Assembly (NCBI GenBank): GCA_002402995.1
Contig: DHGX01000003.1
Span: 148,309 to 185,880, forward strand
Origin: Patescibacteria group bacterium UBA4787
GTDB taxonomy: Bacteria > Patescibacteriota > Patescibacteriia > UBA2591 > UBA4787
DNA length: 37,572 nucleotides
Direction of reading: 5' to 3'
The notes beneath the pieces are model-generated. The model saw only the letters and a program-made list of their open reading frames with translations, made no database searches and was not told the DNA's origin. Position 1 is the first letter of the stretch. Each line of letters starts with the position of its first letter. A program made the translations under genes and the position numbers. Positions 8,801 through 18,675 of this stretch are shown here, in pieces.

Positions 8801-8875
8801 TCTACATTCTAATCTATTATTTTCTTAATTCGTAATTCTAAATTCCATATTTTCTATTCTAAATTCTAATTTATT

Positions 8876-9799
8876 ATGCCCAGCTTGAAAGAATTAGTTC
8901 AAAAACCTAAAAAAATTATGAGCGGCCATCGTTCGTGCCGCGGTTGTGGTTTTCCGATTATCGCCAGGCATATTTTAAGGGCCACAGATAAGCCTGTTGT
9001 GGTGGTTAATGCGACTGGATGCATGGAGGTAACCACGACAATTTATCCGCAAACCGCTTGGCAAATACCGTGGATGCATAACGCTTTCGAAAATGCCGCG
9101 GCTACTATGAGCGGCATTGTCGCGGCTTATAATTTTTTGAAAAAGAGCAAAAAATTAGATAAAGAAATAAAATTTGTAGTTTTTGGCGGAGATGGCGGAA
9201 CTTATGACATCGGTTTACAGGCGCTCTCCGGAGCCTGGGAGCGCGGCGATAATTTTTTATATGTTTGTTACGACAATCAAGCTTATATGAATACTGGTAT
9301 TCAACGTTCTTCGGCCACGCCGGTTGGAGCGATTACTTCAACAACGCCGTTAGGAAAAATCCATAAAGGTAAAGAAGGGGATCGTAAGGATATTGTCAAA
9401 ATTGCCTGCGCTCATAATTTGCCTTATGTTGCGCAAACTGCCATTCATAATTGGCTTGATTTATACAATAAAGCGAAAAAAGCCATAGAAACCAACGGCC
9501 CAACTTTTCTAAATGTTTTATCGCCGTGTGTTTTGGGTTGGAAGTATGATTCGGCCCTGACAATTGAATTGTCTCGCCTGGCCGCGGAAACTTGTTATTG
9601 GCCGTTATACGAAATAGAAAAAGGCGTTTATAAAATAAATTATATTCCACAGAATAAATTACCGATTATTGAATTTATTAAACACCAAGCGAGATTCAAA
9701 CATTTACTAAACAAAGAGAATAAAGAGATTCTTAATCAACTTCAGCGTTACGTTGATCAAAGTTGGGAAAATTTATTGAAAAAGAATCAACCTCTTTAG
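8876..9799 (+). CDS. porB: Pyruvate/2-oxoacid:ferredoxin oxidoreductase beta subunit (TPP-binding)
   Basis: GHRSCRGCG, GGDGG...DNQAYMNTG TPP motif. Confidence 0.93.
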   Translation: MPSLKELVQKPKKIMSGHRSCRGCGFPIIARHILRATDKPVVVVNATGCMEVTTTIYPQTAWQIPWMHNAFENAAATMSGIVAAYNFLKKSKKLDKEIKFVVFGGDGGTYDIGLQALSGAWERGDNFLYVCYDNQAYMNTGIQRSSATPVGAITSTTPLGKIHKGKEGDRKDIVKIACAHNLPYVAQTAIHNWLDLYNKAKKAIETNGPTFLNVLSPCVLGWKYDSALTIELSRLAAETCYWPLYEIEKGVYKINYIPQNKLPIIEFIKHQARFKHLLNKENKEILNQLQRYVDQSWENLLKKNQPL

Positions 9800-10198
9800 A
9801 TAAATATTTTTAGATTGTCGTTGGTCAACGGTTTGATTTTTTAGTTAAATTTGATGCGGGGTTTGCAAAAACAAAATGTTTACGAAAACGGGGATAGCCA
9901 CGGTTAAATAGTCTTCTAACACATATCATCTTTTCATTTTATTAGAAGGGCGGTAAACTACAAATAGATAGTTCGGGGTCGGCGAGTTTTCCGCTTTTTT
10001 GCGTTATTACTTCATCAAAATGTGATATAATATAAATAAGATAAAAAATAAAGTTTCAGGTTGTAAGTTTCAAGATTTAAGCTATAATTTGAACAAGGCG
10101 CGCCAAATTTAAAAAATAATTAGAGAAGTCTTTATTTAATAATCTTTTAGCGTTTTTCGAGATTGGGACAACCCTATATAAAAAATAGAAACAAAAAT

Positions 10199-13100
10199 AT
10201 GAGAAGAAAAAATCAATGGATAATTAGAGATATTAAGACTAATAAAGTTCTTTATTTTAATGTCGGGCCTAATGCCTCTAAGAAGTCCTGTCCTAAATTG
10301 AAAAATTTTATTAGAGGCGGTTTGACTGTTTTAACTTCGGTTTTGATAATTGTCGCGGTTGCCAAAGCGGCTCCGCCAACTTCGCCATATAATCCGGGTG
10401 AAACTTTAATTCCGTCTTGCGCCCCCGGAGATGATAATTGTACGGTTGTTGCGCCAGCTATTTCTGCACGAACAATCAATACCACCGCGCCTTTGTCGGG
10501 CGGCGGGAATTTGTCGGCTGACCGAACTTTATCGATTGGTGGGTTATCTTCTTTGGGTACAGCTAATTATTTATTGGGAGTTAATCTCGGCGCCACTGGA
10601 TGGGAGTATAAACAACTTTTGGGCGCAACCGATCAGCTAACCGTTTCTCATTCAACGGGCGCGATTACTTTATCCTTACCCCAAAGCATCGCCGCCACAT
10701 CCTCGCCGATTTTTACTGGCTTAACTATTGGTTCTTCATCAGGAATTTTAAAAGGAACGGCTGGCGTGGTTGGTATCGCGACGGCTGGGACTGATTATGA
10801 AAATCCTTTAACTTTTAGTAGTCCTTTATCAAGAACGACCGATACTATCTCCATCCCCGTTGCCACTAATACTGTTGACGGCTATTTGTCATCCGCGGAT
10901 TGGACAGCTTTTAATTCAAAAGAGCCATCTGTTTCTGCTGGATTAATTTCTCAATACTGGCGTGGAGATAAATCTTGGCAGACGTTGGATAAATCGACAG
11001 TTGGACTTTCTGATGTAGAAAACACAACTCTTTCGACTTGGACAGGAACTGCGAATATCACCACTCTCGGCACAATAGGAACAGGAACTTGGAACGCCAC
11101 TGCTATTGCTGATGGTAAAATCGCTTCTGCTTTGACTGGCAAGACTTATAATGGTCTAACTATCACCGCGAATGGCACTAATGCTTTAGACATTACCGCT
11201 GGAAAGACTTTAACTGTTCAAGATAATGTCACCATCACAGGTGCGCTGGGCACAGGCGCTTACGCTACGATAGCAGATTATGTCCTTTATACGGGCGCAA
11301 CCAACAATTTAGATTTAGGAATTTATGGTTTATCTGCCACAAAGGTTGGTATCGGGACGGCAATTCCGTTGAGTAGTTCATTAGATGTTAACGGCAACTC
11401 AAACGTCACTGGTTTCCTTCAGGTCGGAGCAGACGCAGCAACAAGCGGCTATGGGATAACAAACTCCTATGGCGGCGGGTTGATAATCAACGGCTTCGAC
11501 GACGGCTACGGCAGGGGGGGCGGGATGTTTTCCTCAAGGCGAAACCAGACTAAAGAACCATTCATAGTCTTCTCGGGGTATGATTTAGACAATCCTTGGG
11601 AAGCATCAGGCGCTCTGCGTCAACTATGGTTCGGAGGAACAAACTGGGGAACGCCAGACGCGAATGATATGCTTTTCTTCACCTCGCTGAACTACGCGCA
11701 CGAAGACCCGACGGCATTGGGACAAGAGAGCATGCTTATGGCGAGGATGCACAAAGGCAAGATGTGGATAGGCGAAGACTATTACACAGACTCCATTATA
11801 GACACTTCAATTCCGCGATATAAACTTGATATAGGCGACGGTGATACAAGAATTAGGGGCACGGATAAATTGGGCTTCGGCGGAGATAAAGATTCGAATT
11901 ATCTAAGCAGGATTTCAAATGATGGAACTTATATGCAGTTTAGTTCAGCAAGTTATCCTTTTTATTTTGATAATAGCATTGAAACAACAGTTGGTTTTAT
12001 AGGAGACGGCAGTTTATTAACAAGTCTTCCAAACATTTTTGACCAATCGCTTAATACGAACGATAGTGTCCAATTTGCAAAGATAGAAGCAATAGATTAT
12101 CTTAAATTTAATAATACATTAAACGCGACACTTATCGGCTATCAGGCGGGAAACGCTCTCACCACAGGTCTTGGGAATACTTTCATCGGTCATACGGCTG
12201 GTGTTTCTAATACTTCTGGCGACTATAACACGGGAGTAGGCGAACTCGCTCTTGCTTCTAATACTTACGGAGCTTATAACACGGCTGTGGGACGAGGAGC
12301 AATGGCTAATAGCGCCACAGGAAGTTATAATGTATCTATGGGTTATAGCACTCTTGTTAATAATACTGGGGGTATGGAAAATGTAGGTATAGGAGTGAAC
12401 GCTCTCTCTGCTAATGCTAACGGTAATAAGAATGTAGCTTTAGGACGGAGCGCTTTAGTCGCCAACTCTGGCGACAACAACATAGCTATCGGCTATCAAG
12501 CAGGAGATAATATAACTACTGGCAGTAATAACATCATTATTGGCCACGATATAGACGCTCCTTCGGCTACTGGTTCAAGCCAACTTAACATCGGCAATAC
12601 GATTTATGGGAATGTCAGCACGGGTAAGGTGGGGATAGGCGCGGATACGCCAACACAAACGTTACATGTCGCAGGAACGGCAAGAATTACAACTTCTGTT
12701 GAGGTAACTGATGATAGGACCTTATGCACAATAGCAGCCTCTGGAGAAATAGAATTAAAAGATGGCGCTTGCGGTACTTCGGCTCTGCGTTACAAGGAAA
12801 ATATAAAGGATCTTACTTACGGTCTTGATGAGATAAACCTGCTGAAGCCCATCTTTTTCAACTACAAAAGCTTTGATGGGCAGAACTCTGGTACTCGCAC
12901 CAAACAAAGAATCGGTTTTATTGCTGAAGAAGTCCTACCCATTGTTCCCGAAGTCGTTATCTTAACTAAGGACGGCCAAGCGGATAGTATAGATTACGCC
13001 TATCTCGTGTCTTTGCTTACAAAGGGCATTCAGGAGCTTGATCAGAAAATAGAATCTGTAAATTCTCAGTTTGTTGAAAAGATGAATCAATCCTTGGAAT

Positions 13101-13555
13101 CCGTCGGATTTTGGATTGAAAACGGAATTGTTAAAGTGAAAGAATTGATCGCGGATAAAATCATTACAAAGCAAATATGTCTTACGGGCGATGACGGCGA
13201 GACGGTTTGTATAAACAAAGATCAACTAAAACAATTGATGGGGCAAGATAGTAACGTAATTTCTCTTCCAACCCCAATCGAACCTCCAATTCCAATTGAA
13301 GATCCAACACCAACCCCAACCGAAGATCCAACTCCAACTGAAGATCCAGCCCCAACTCCAACCGAAGATCCAACTCCAACTGAAGATCCAGCCCCAACAC
13401 CAATCGAGCCTCCAACTCCAACTGAAGATCCAACTCCAACTGAAGATCCAATCCCAGCTGAAGATCCAACACCAACTGAAGATCCAATCCCAGCTGAAGA
13501 TCCAACACCAATCGAGCCTCCAATTCCAACTGAAGATCCAACCCCAACACTTTAA
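10199..13555 (+). CDS. Large fibre-like surface protein with peptidase S74 (intramolecular chaperone) domain and Pro/Thr-rich tail
   Basis: N-terminal TM/signal segment, Gly/Thr/Ser-rich body, N(T/V)A(V/I)G repeats, TSALRYKENI...IGFIAEEV...IDYAYLVSLLTKGIQEL, PTEDP repeats; ATG 10199 preferred to TTG 10163. Confidence 0.75.
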   Translation: MRRKNQWIIRDIKTNKVLYFNVGPNASKKSCPKLKNFIRGGLTVLTSVLIIVAVAKAAPPTSPYNPGETLIPSCAPGDDNCTVVAPAISARTINTTAPLSGGGNLSADRTLSIGGLSSLGTANYLLGVNLGATGWEYKQLLGATDQLTVSHSTGAITLSLPQSIAATSSPIFTGLTIGSSSGILKGTAGVVGIATAGTDYENPLTFSSPLSRTTDTISIPVATNTVDGYLSSADWTAFNSKEPSVSAGLISQYWRGDKSWQTLDKSTVGLSDVENTTLSTWTGTANITTLGTIGTGTWNATAIADGKIASALTGKTYNGLTITANGTNALDITAGKTLTVQDNVTITGALGTGAYATIADYVLYTGATNNLDLGIYGLSATKVGIGTAIPLSSSLDVNGNSNVTGFLQVGADAATSGYGITNSYGGGLIINGFDDGYGRGGGMFSSRRNQTKEPFIVFSGYDLDNPWEASGALRQLWFGGTNWGTPDANDMLFFTSLNYAHEDPTALGQESMLMARMHKGKMWIGEDYYTDSIIDTSIPRYKLDIGDGDTRIRGTDKLGFGGDKDSNYLSRISNDGTYMQFSSASYPFYFDNSIETTVGFIGDGSLLTSLPNIFDQSLNTNDSVQFAKIEAIDYLKFNNTLNATLIGYQAGNALTTGLGNTFIGHTAGVSNTSGDYNTGVGELALASNTYGAYNTAVGRGAMANSATGSYNVSMGYSTLVNNTGGMENVGIGVNALSANANGNKNVALGRSALVANSGDNNIAIGYQAGDNITTGSNNIIIGHDIDAPSATGSSQLNIGNTIYGNVSTGKVGIGADTPTQTLHVAGTARITTSVEVTDDRTLCTIAASGEIELKDGACGTSALRYKENIKDLTYGLDEINLLKPIFFNYKSFDGQNSGTRTKQRIGFIAEEVLPIVPEVVILTKDGQADSIDYAYLVSLLTKGIQELDQKIESVNSQFVEKMNQSLESVGFWIENGIVKVKELIADKIITKQICLTGDDGETVCINKDQLKQLMGQDSNVISLPTPIEPPIPIEDPTPTPTEDPTPTEDPAPTPTEDPTPTEDPAPTPIEPPTPTEDPTPTEDPIPAEDPTPTEDPIPAEDPTPIEPPIPTEDPTPTL
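13269..13549 (+). repeat. Intragenic 18/24-bp tandem repeats encoding P(T/I)EDP(T/A/I)
   Basis: Recurrent ccaactgaagatcca units. Confidence 0.9.
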
Positions 13556-13706
13556 TATAAATGCCAATTAAAATTCAATCATCACGCTAATCTTAAAAAC
13601 GATAGAGGTAATACTGCCGATAAAAGGCGAAGCCGGCTTTGTCTCTGAACGTTAGATAAAGATTGGCGCGGAGGTAAAAATTTAAATAATAAAAATTAAT
13701 ACAGGT

Positions 13707-14024
13707 ATGATACTACAAAACATAGGACAAATTATCGCTAAAATTATTAATAAAAAGAACATTTTAATTTTCGTTTTGATTGTTTGGGTTGGTTTTTCTA
13801 TTTTCTATATTGTTCACGACCAGTGGCAGAGGTTTCAATTTAATCAGATTCAAGTCGCTTACCAAAAAGGCGTTTCTGACACTATAAAACTGCTGATAAA
13901 CCAAGCTGAAAGATGCGCGCCAGTTCCAGTGATAGACGGAGACAAAAAAATAGAGATAATAAAAGTGGGTTGTTCTCATCAAGAAACACCTTTAACCCCA
14001 ATCCTTGAGCCTATTAATCCCTAG
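13707..14024 (+). CDS. Hypothetical single-pass membrane protein
   Basis: ORF with one hydrophobic helix, co-oriented with neighbours. Confidence 0.7.
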   Translation: MILQNIGQIIAKIINKKNILIFVLIVWVGFSIFYIVHDQWQRFQFNQIQVAYQKGVSDTIKLLINQAERCAPVPVIDGDKKIEIIKVGCSHQETPLTPILEPINP

Positions 14025-14038
14025 AGTGGTGAAAAATT

Positions 14039-16387
14039 ATGGCGAGATTCGTTATTAGAATTTTAACAATTGTAGTGTTTATTTTAAGCGGTGTTTTTGT
14101 TTTTCTCAAAAGTCCGCTTGTTTTTGCTTCTTCTATTGACGGGACTATAGATATTAATTATAAATATGCTTGGTCTGAAAATGTAGGCTGGATAAACTTT
14201 GGCCTTAGCGACGGAAATGTTCATATTACTGATTCTGGTTTAACTGGTTACGCTTGGAGTCAAAATTACGGCTGGATAAATCTAAATCCATCAATTAGTG
14301 GAGTGAAAAACGACAGAGAGGGCAATTTATCCGGTTATGCCTGGGGAGAAAATCTTGGTTGGATAAATTTCGAAGGCGTGACTATTAGATCCAACAGCGA
14401 ATTCAGCGGTTATGCCGTTATCGTTCGAGATAATTCTAAAATCAGTTTTAATTGCGCGAATACTGATTCTTGCGCTCTTTCTGATTTTAAAGTTAAAACT
14501 GACTGGCGACTAAGAAGCGCTCGTGATGGTGGCGGTCTTCCGCCAGGAGCGTCCAGTCTCCCAACTCCTCCAAATGAAGGATTTAGCGTTTTAATCAATC
14601 AGGGCGCCGAATATGCCTCCAGCCAGATGGTAACACTTGCCTTGGTTGGTGGCTTAGACACTGTTCGCATGGCAGTTTCTAATTTTTCAGATTTTCGTGA
14701 CGCTAGTCAGGAGCTTTATCAAACAACAAAAATTTGGACATTAACCGAAGGCGAAGGACTAAAAACTGTTTATGTTAAATTTTATACTCAATACGGACAG
14801 TCGTCATCGGTTGTTTCAGACGGTATTATTTATAAATTAAAACTGCCCGAAGAAATTATACCCTCGGTTCCAGAAGAAGTTATATCCTCGCCAGAAAAAG
14901 TTATACCTCCAATCGCCGAGACTCCCAAACCAATATTATCAAAAATAATTAAAAAAATTCCTGAATTTTTAGCGAAAATTCCCGAGATAATTAAATTAGC
15001 ACCGCCCGAAATTAAATTGCCAGAAATTCCCGTTGAAGAGTTAGTATTGAAAAAGGCTCCTTTGGCAATGCGAAGCGAATGGAACTTGTTGCCGACGAAA
15101 GCAATCGAGAGATTTGTTCTGTCTCCTCTGCCAAAAGAAATCAAAAAATTAGCGGAGAAATTTCCAGAATTTGGAGAGACTCTAAAAAAAGTCGGAATAA
15201 CAAAGATTACAGATATTGAAAAATTAAAAACTGCTAAATTAACTTTGCCAGGCTTAACTGAAAGAACGAGTTTGTTAACAGTAAAAATTGAACCTGGTAA
15301 ATTCGCCTTATCGCAAGGCGTTCCAGTAGCTAAATTGTCAACGGCAGCTAAACAAAAAATACCAACCGAAATAGTTTTTGCTAAAACCGGCGGCGAATTG
15401 ATTGATTTTAATATTGCCTTGTCTATTAATGAAAAAGGCGAATTTCAGCAGAAAATAAGCACTATTTCCGGCAAACCATTGCAATTGGTAGTTAAGCCAG
15501 ATAAGCCGGTAAAGAGCGTAAAAGGATACGTAGTGTTTAAGTCGCGCGAATTGAAACCCAAAATTTATAATTTGAAATCCGAAGTTGAAAAACTTCAAGC
15601 TTCCTCGGCCTCGCCGAGCGAAGCAGAGCAAGCAAGTTCTAAGTTTCAGAGCTTGACCGCTTCCTTGATTTTTGCTTTGCCATCGCTTGCCCAGCCCGCT
15701 GAATCAAGTCGTTATATTGCGATAGAAGGAATTGATGTTTTAGACGACAAGCCTCAATCTTTAGGAGAAAGGCCCCAGTCTTCTGATTCCGAGTCTCAAG
15801 AAACAAGGTTGATCTTGCTGGAATTTGAATACACCGACCCTGACGGTGATGGCATTTATACCGCTGAAATTTCCGCACCGGCGGTTGAAGGAGAGTATGA
15901 AATTATCACCGTAATGAACTTTGAGGATTTAGACTTAGAGACAAAAGAAATCAGATTAATCACTGTTGTTGATCCAGAAGGGTATATTTATGAGAAAGAT
16001 GGCGACAAAGAAACTCGCATTCCCGGGGCAATTGTTTCTATTTTTTGGTTAAATCCAGAAACTAAACAATATGAATTATGGACAGCTAAAGAGTATCAAC
16101 AGGAAAATCCACAGACTACAGACGTTAGAGGTGTTTACTCGTTTTTAGTGCCAGAGGGATATTATTATCTCAAAGTTGAAACGCCCGGATATCTTATTTA
16201 TGACGGCAAACCATTTCAAGTTAAAGAAGGCAGCGGTGTCCACATTAACATTGAATTAAAAACCAAATATTGGTGGCTAAAAATTGTTGATTGGAAAATT
16301 ATTTTGTTGATTGTGGTTATTCTACTTTTGCTCTACAATTTTTATCGCGACAGAATAAGAGAAAAATTGATTCGCCCCGTTAAATAA
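14039..16387 (+). CDS. Secreted/membrane-anchored protein with GYAW-x-N-x-GWI repeats and C-terminal carboxypeptidase-regulatory-like (Cna-B type) domain
   Basis: Signal peptide, three YAWxxNxGWIN repeats, ENPQTTDVRGVYSFLVPEGYYYLKV, C-terminal TM. Confidence 0.75.
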   Translation: MARFVIRILTIVVFILSGVFVFLKSPLVFASSIDGTIDINYKYAWSENVGWINFGLSDGNVHITDSGLTGYAWSQNYGWINLNPSISGVKNDREGNLSGYAWGENLGWINFEGVTIRSNSEFSGYAVIVRDNSKISFNCANTDSCALSDFKVKTDWRLRSARDGGGLPPGASSLPTPPNEGFSVLINQGAEYASSQMVTLALVGGLDTVRMAVSNFSDFRDASQELYQTTKIWTLTEGEGLKTVYVKFYTQYGQSSSVVSDGIIYKLKLPEEIIPSVPEEVISSPEKVIPPIAETPKPILSKIIKKIPEFLAKIPEIIKLAPPEIKLPEIPVEELVLKKAPLAMRSEWNLLPTKAIERFVLSPLPKEIKKLAEKFPEFGETLKKVGITKITDIEKLKTAKLTLPGLTERTSLLTVKIEPGKFALSQGVPVAKLSTAAKQKIPTEIVFAKTGGELIDFNIALSINEKGEFQQKISTISGKPLQLVVKPDKPVKSVKGYVVFKSRELKPKIYNLKSEVEKLQASSASPSEAEQASSKFQSLTASLIFALPSLAQPAESSRYIAIEGIDVLDDKPQSLGERPQSSDSESQETRLILLEFEYTDPDGDGIYTAEISAPAVEGEYEIITVMNFEDLDLETKEIRLITVVDPEGYIYEKDGDKETRIPGAIVSIFWLNPETKQYELWTAKEYQQENPQTTDVRGVYSFLVPEGYYYLKVETPGYLIYDGKPFQVKEGSGVHINIELKTKYWWLKIVDWKIILLIVVILLLLYNFYRDRIREKLIRPVK

Positions 16388-16409
16388 TTTTAAATTTAAA
16401 ATAAACAAT

Positions 16410-16778
16410 ATGACCAGACAAAAGGCAATTTTAACAATCATTATTCTGCTTTTGATAGTTGGAAGCGTTTATTTTGGTCTTAGGTGTTTCGGTGTCCAAA
16501 AAGAATTTCATCAAGCGCGGGCGGCTTTAGAAAATCAAAAAACTAATGAGAAGGTTTTGGATTTTACCAAGCTTTTTATTGAAAAAATATTAAAAGCGGA
16601 AACTGAAGTTGATTTTGAAACAAGATTAAAATTAGAAAACGCGATTAGAAATTTAGACGATAAAGAGGTTTTGGAACAATGGAATAAGTTTGTTAATAGT
16701 AAAAATGAAGGAGAAGCCCAGAGTCAAGTGAAAAATTTACTAGAATTGTTGATTAATAAAATTCACCCTGTTGAATAA
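16410..16778 (+). CDS. Hypothetical membrane-anchored protein
   Basis: N-terminal TM, helical remainder. Confidence 0.7.
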   Translation: MTRQKAILTIIILLLIVGSVYFGLRCFGVQKEFHQARAALENQKTNEKVLDFTKLFIEKILKAETEVDFETRLKLENAIRNLDDKEVLEQWNKFVNSKNEGEAQSQVKNLLELLINKIHPVE

Positions 16779-16906
16779 TTTGTTCCGCAAATTAAAAATA
16801 AAAATTCTTAGATCAGAAGAAGAAATAGACGAGACGTTGGGCATAAAGAAGCAGTAAAAATTTTCCCGAATATGATAGAATATATTAATATCAATGTTGG
16901 AACGAA

Positions 16907-16977
16907 TGGACCTAGGCGGAATTGAACCGCCGTCTCCGCAATGCGAATGCGGTGTACTACCGCTGTACTATAGGCCC
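16907..16977 (-). tRNA. tRNA-Ala(CGC)
   Basis: GGGCCTATAGTACAGCGGTAGTACACCGCATTCGCATTGCGGAGACGGCGGTTCAATTCCGCCTAGGTCCA; G3-U70 pair, anticodon CGC. Confidence 0.92.
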
Positions 16978-17021
16978 CTTGAAATTGAATATTAACAGAT
17001 TTTTTGTTGTTAATCAATATT

Positions 17022-17053
17022 AAAAAACCGACGAAGATTATTCCGTCGGTTTT
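17022..17053 (-). terminator. Intrinsic terminator after the 17052-17639 ORF
   Basis: AAAACCGACG...CGTCGGTTTT hairpin with T-run on minus strand. Confidence 0.6.
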
Positions 17054-17639
17054 ATTTTCTTATGAATTTGTAATAGGCCATTGTAGACAGGACGCCTCCG
17101 ACAAGAACGATTGTGCGGGCCGCATAAAGCAGCGCAAGGACGTTCCCATCAACGAGCGCAGGATAGAGCGCGATGAAGCCGGCGATGAAGGCACAACCCC
17201 AACCAATAAAGGATTCAGTGTTCCGTTTCTCTACAATCAGATTCTGTATCGTCGGAATGTATCCGAGACTGATAAGAACCTGCGTAAAGATATTAGAACC
17301 AAACGCGTCGCCGGAGAAAATGCCGTAAACGACGATTCCCGCGATGCCGCCGAGATACCACTTCTCGAATGGCTTGAAAAGTATTCCACGCTTTCCCCAA
17401 AAGAGAATTGCTACGACCACGAGCGCGACCATTATGAAGTCCATGGTGTTCAGGATACCGGAACGAAAGTCGTGCTTCTGGGCGACGGCATAGGTGGCAA
17501 GGCTTAAACCTGTGCCGATGAGGAAAGTAAGCCAAGTCGATAGCATCGGACTGATCTTGTGTTTCCACGTCTGATGGGCATAAGTCGTGCCATAAACCAC
17601 CTCCGCAAGTCCGACAAGACAGATGCAAAAGTCTTTCAC
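17052..17639 (-). CDS. Hypothetical multi-pass membrane protein
   Basis: GTG start after GAGAGGGGG, about 6 TM segments, GC-richer than flanks. Confidence 0.75.
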   Translation of the reverse strand: MKDFCICLVGLAEVVYGTTYAHQTWKHKISPMLSTWLTFLIGTGLSLATYAVAQKHDFRSGILNTMDFIMVALVVVAILFWGKRGILFKPFEKWYLGGIAGIVVYGIFSGDAFGSNIFTQVLISLGYIPTIQNLIVEKRNTESFIGWGCAFIAGFIALYPALVDGNVLALLYAARTIVLVGGVLSTMAYYKFIRK

Positions 17640-17926
17640 CTTCGCACACCCCCTCTCTATTTTTCGTTTAAATTTGGTTTGAAAAGAGCTTTAGTGTTCG
17701 ACAAAGATTATTTCATTTGGATATTAATATTGTAGCATATTTTTGACAAAAAGTCAAGATCAAAAAAAACAGCATCTTCTCTAGTTTTTATTTTATTTTT
17801 CCAATCCATAGTCATATTTTTAAAAGTGTTAGTCCAATAAACTACTAATTTGTAATGTTGTATGATTAAAAAATTTTCTTTTCCTAGAACGAAATCCCCA
17901 ATTGATTTTTACCGAAAATTCCTTAC

Positions 17927-18003
17927 TGGTGCCCTCGAGAGGAACCCCAGTAGTAGAGCTTCGACAAGCTCGGCTCACTACGGGGCAGGTCGAACCCTTC
18001 ATT
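17927..18003 (-). pseudogene. tRNA 3' fragment (T arm, acceptor strand, CCA) interrupted by a palindromic insert
   Basis: Minus strand: GAAGGGTTCGA[45-bp insert 17945-17989]TTCCTCTCGAGGGCACCA; no 5' half. Confidence 0.65.
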
Positions 18004-18034
18004 CTTGTGTTTATTCTATATTCGATATAATAAA

Positions 18035-18106
18035 TGCTCCCAGACGGAATTGAACCATCATCTTTCCCTTAGGACGGGATTGCTCTATCCGTTGAGCTAT
18101 GGGAGC
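18035..18106 (-). tRNA. tRNA-Arg(CCT)
   Basis: GCTCCCATAGCTCAACGGATAGAGCAATCCCGTCCTAAGGGAAAGATGATGGTTCAATTCCGTCTGGGAGCA. Confidence 0.9.
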
Positions 18107-18110
18107 AAAT

Positions 18111-18374
18111 TTAAATTTCTATTTTTATAGAACCGTCGACTATCATTTTCTTAATATAATCTTTTCTTTTTAAATTTTTTATTTTTTTCTCTATTTTTCT
18201 AGCTATCTCTATCGTCTTATATTCTTGAGTCAATACCAATAAAGGTTGAATCATATTTCTCGTAGTTTGGGTGTGTTTAGAATAGTGTTGTCGCATTCTT
18301 CTCGCAACATCTGAAGTACTGCCAATATAGTATTTATTCTTTTGATCTTTTAATATATATACATATCCTTTCAC
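18111..18374 (-). CDS. Stand-alone GIY-YIG nuclease family protein
   Basis: GYVYILK...YYIGSTSDVARRMRQH...ARKIEKKIK. Confidence 0.92.
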   Translation of the reverse strand: MKGYVYILKDQKNKYYIGSTSDVARRMRQHYSKHTQTTRNMIQPLLVLTQEYKTIEIARKIEKKIKNLKRKDYIKKMIVDGSIKIEI

Positions 18375-18391
18375 AACTATTTTTTATATGT

Positions 18392-18475
18392 TATCCGCTC
18401 CGACGCTTCTCCGACGCATTGGTCGGAGTCTTCGGTCGGAGCCCCGACTTTACGTCGGGGTTGAGCTATGGGAGC
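18392..18475 (-). pseudogene. Duplicated 5' end of tRNA-Arg interrupted by a palindromic repeat
   Basis: Minus strand: GCTCCCATAGCTCAAC[hairpins]CGGATA; 16/16 match to tRNA positions 1-16. Confidence 0.8.
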
Positions 18476-18498
18476 GGGGATTCCATTTTTAGCTTCGC

Positions 18499-18675
18499 TT
18501 ATTTGCTTAATATTTTGGACATCAATTGCTCGGCAAATTTTCCCAAAATATTAGTTTTTTGGTCAATAAAGAATAAAATCAATAGCAATATAAGCATGCC
18601 GAGAACAATTAGAAATAGCCTTCTTAGGTCTTTTTTAACGTAGTTTTCTTGTTCCAATGGTTTTTGTTGGTCCAT
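18499..18675 (-). CDS. Small membrane protein (58 aa, below the ORF-track cutoff)
   Basis: MDQQKPLEQENYVKKDLRRLFLIVLGMLILLLILFFIDQK...SK*; TTGACA-17-TAAGAT promoter upstream on minus strand. Confidence 0.6.
   Translation of the reverse strand: MDQQKPLEQENYVKKDLRRLFLIVLGMLILLLILFFIDQKTNILGKFAEQLMSKILSK

Noticed and set aside
13182-13571. Overlapping repetitive ORFs (LQLELD, WIFSW, KIQLQ)
   Set aside because: Alternate frames of the PTEDP tandem repeat.
16907-16977. tRNA-Cys reading (GCA near the loop)
   Set aside because: The 7-nt loop centres on CGC, and G3-U70 indicates Ala.
17004-17507. 167-aa + strand ORF
   Set aside because: Antisense shadow of the membrane protein, which has an SD and a terminator.
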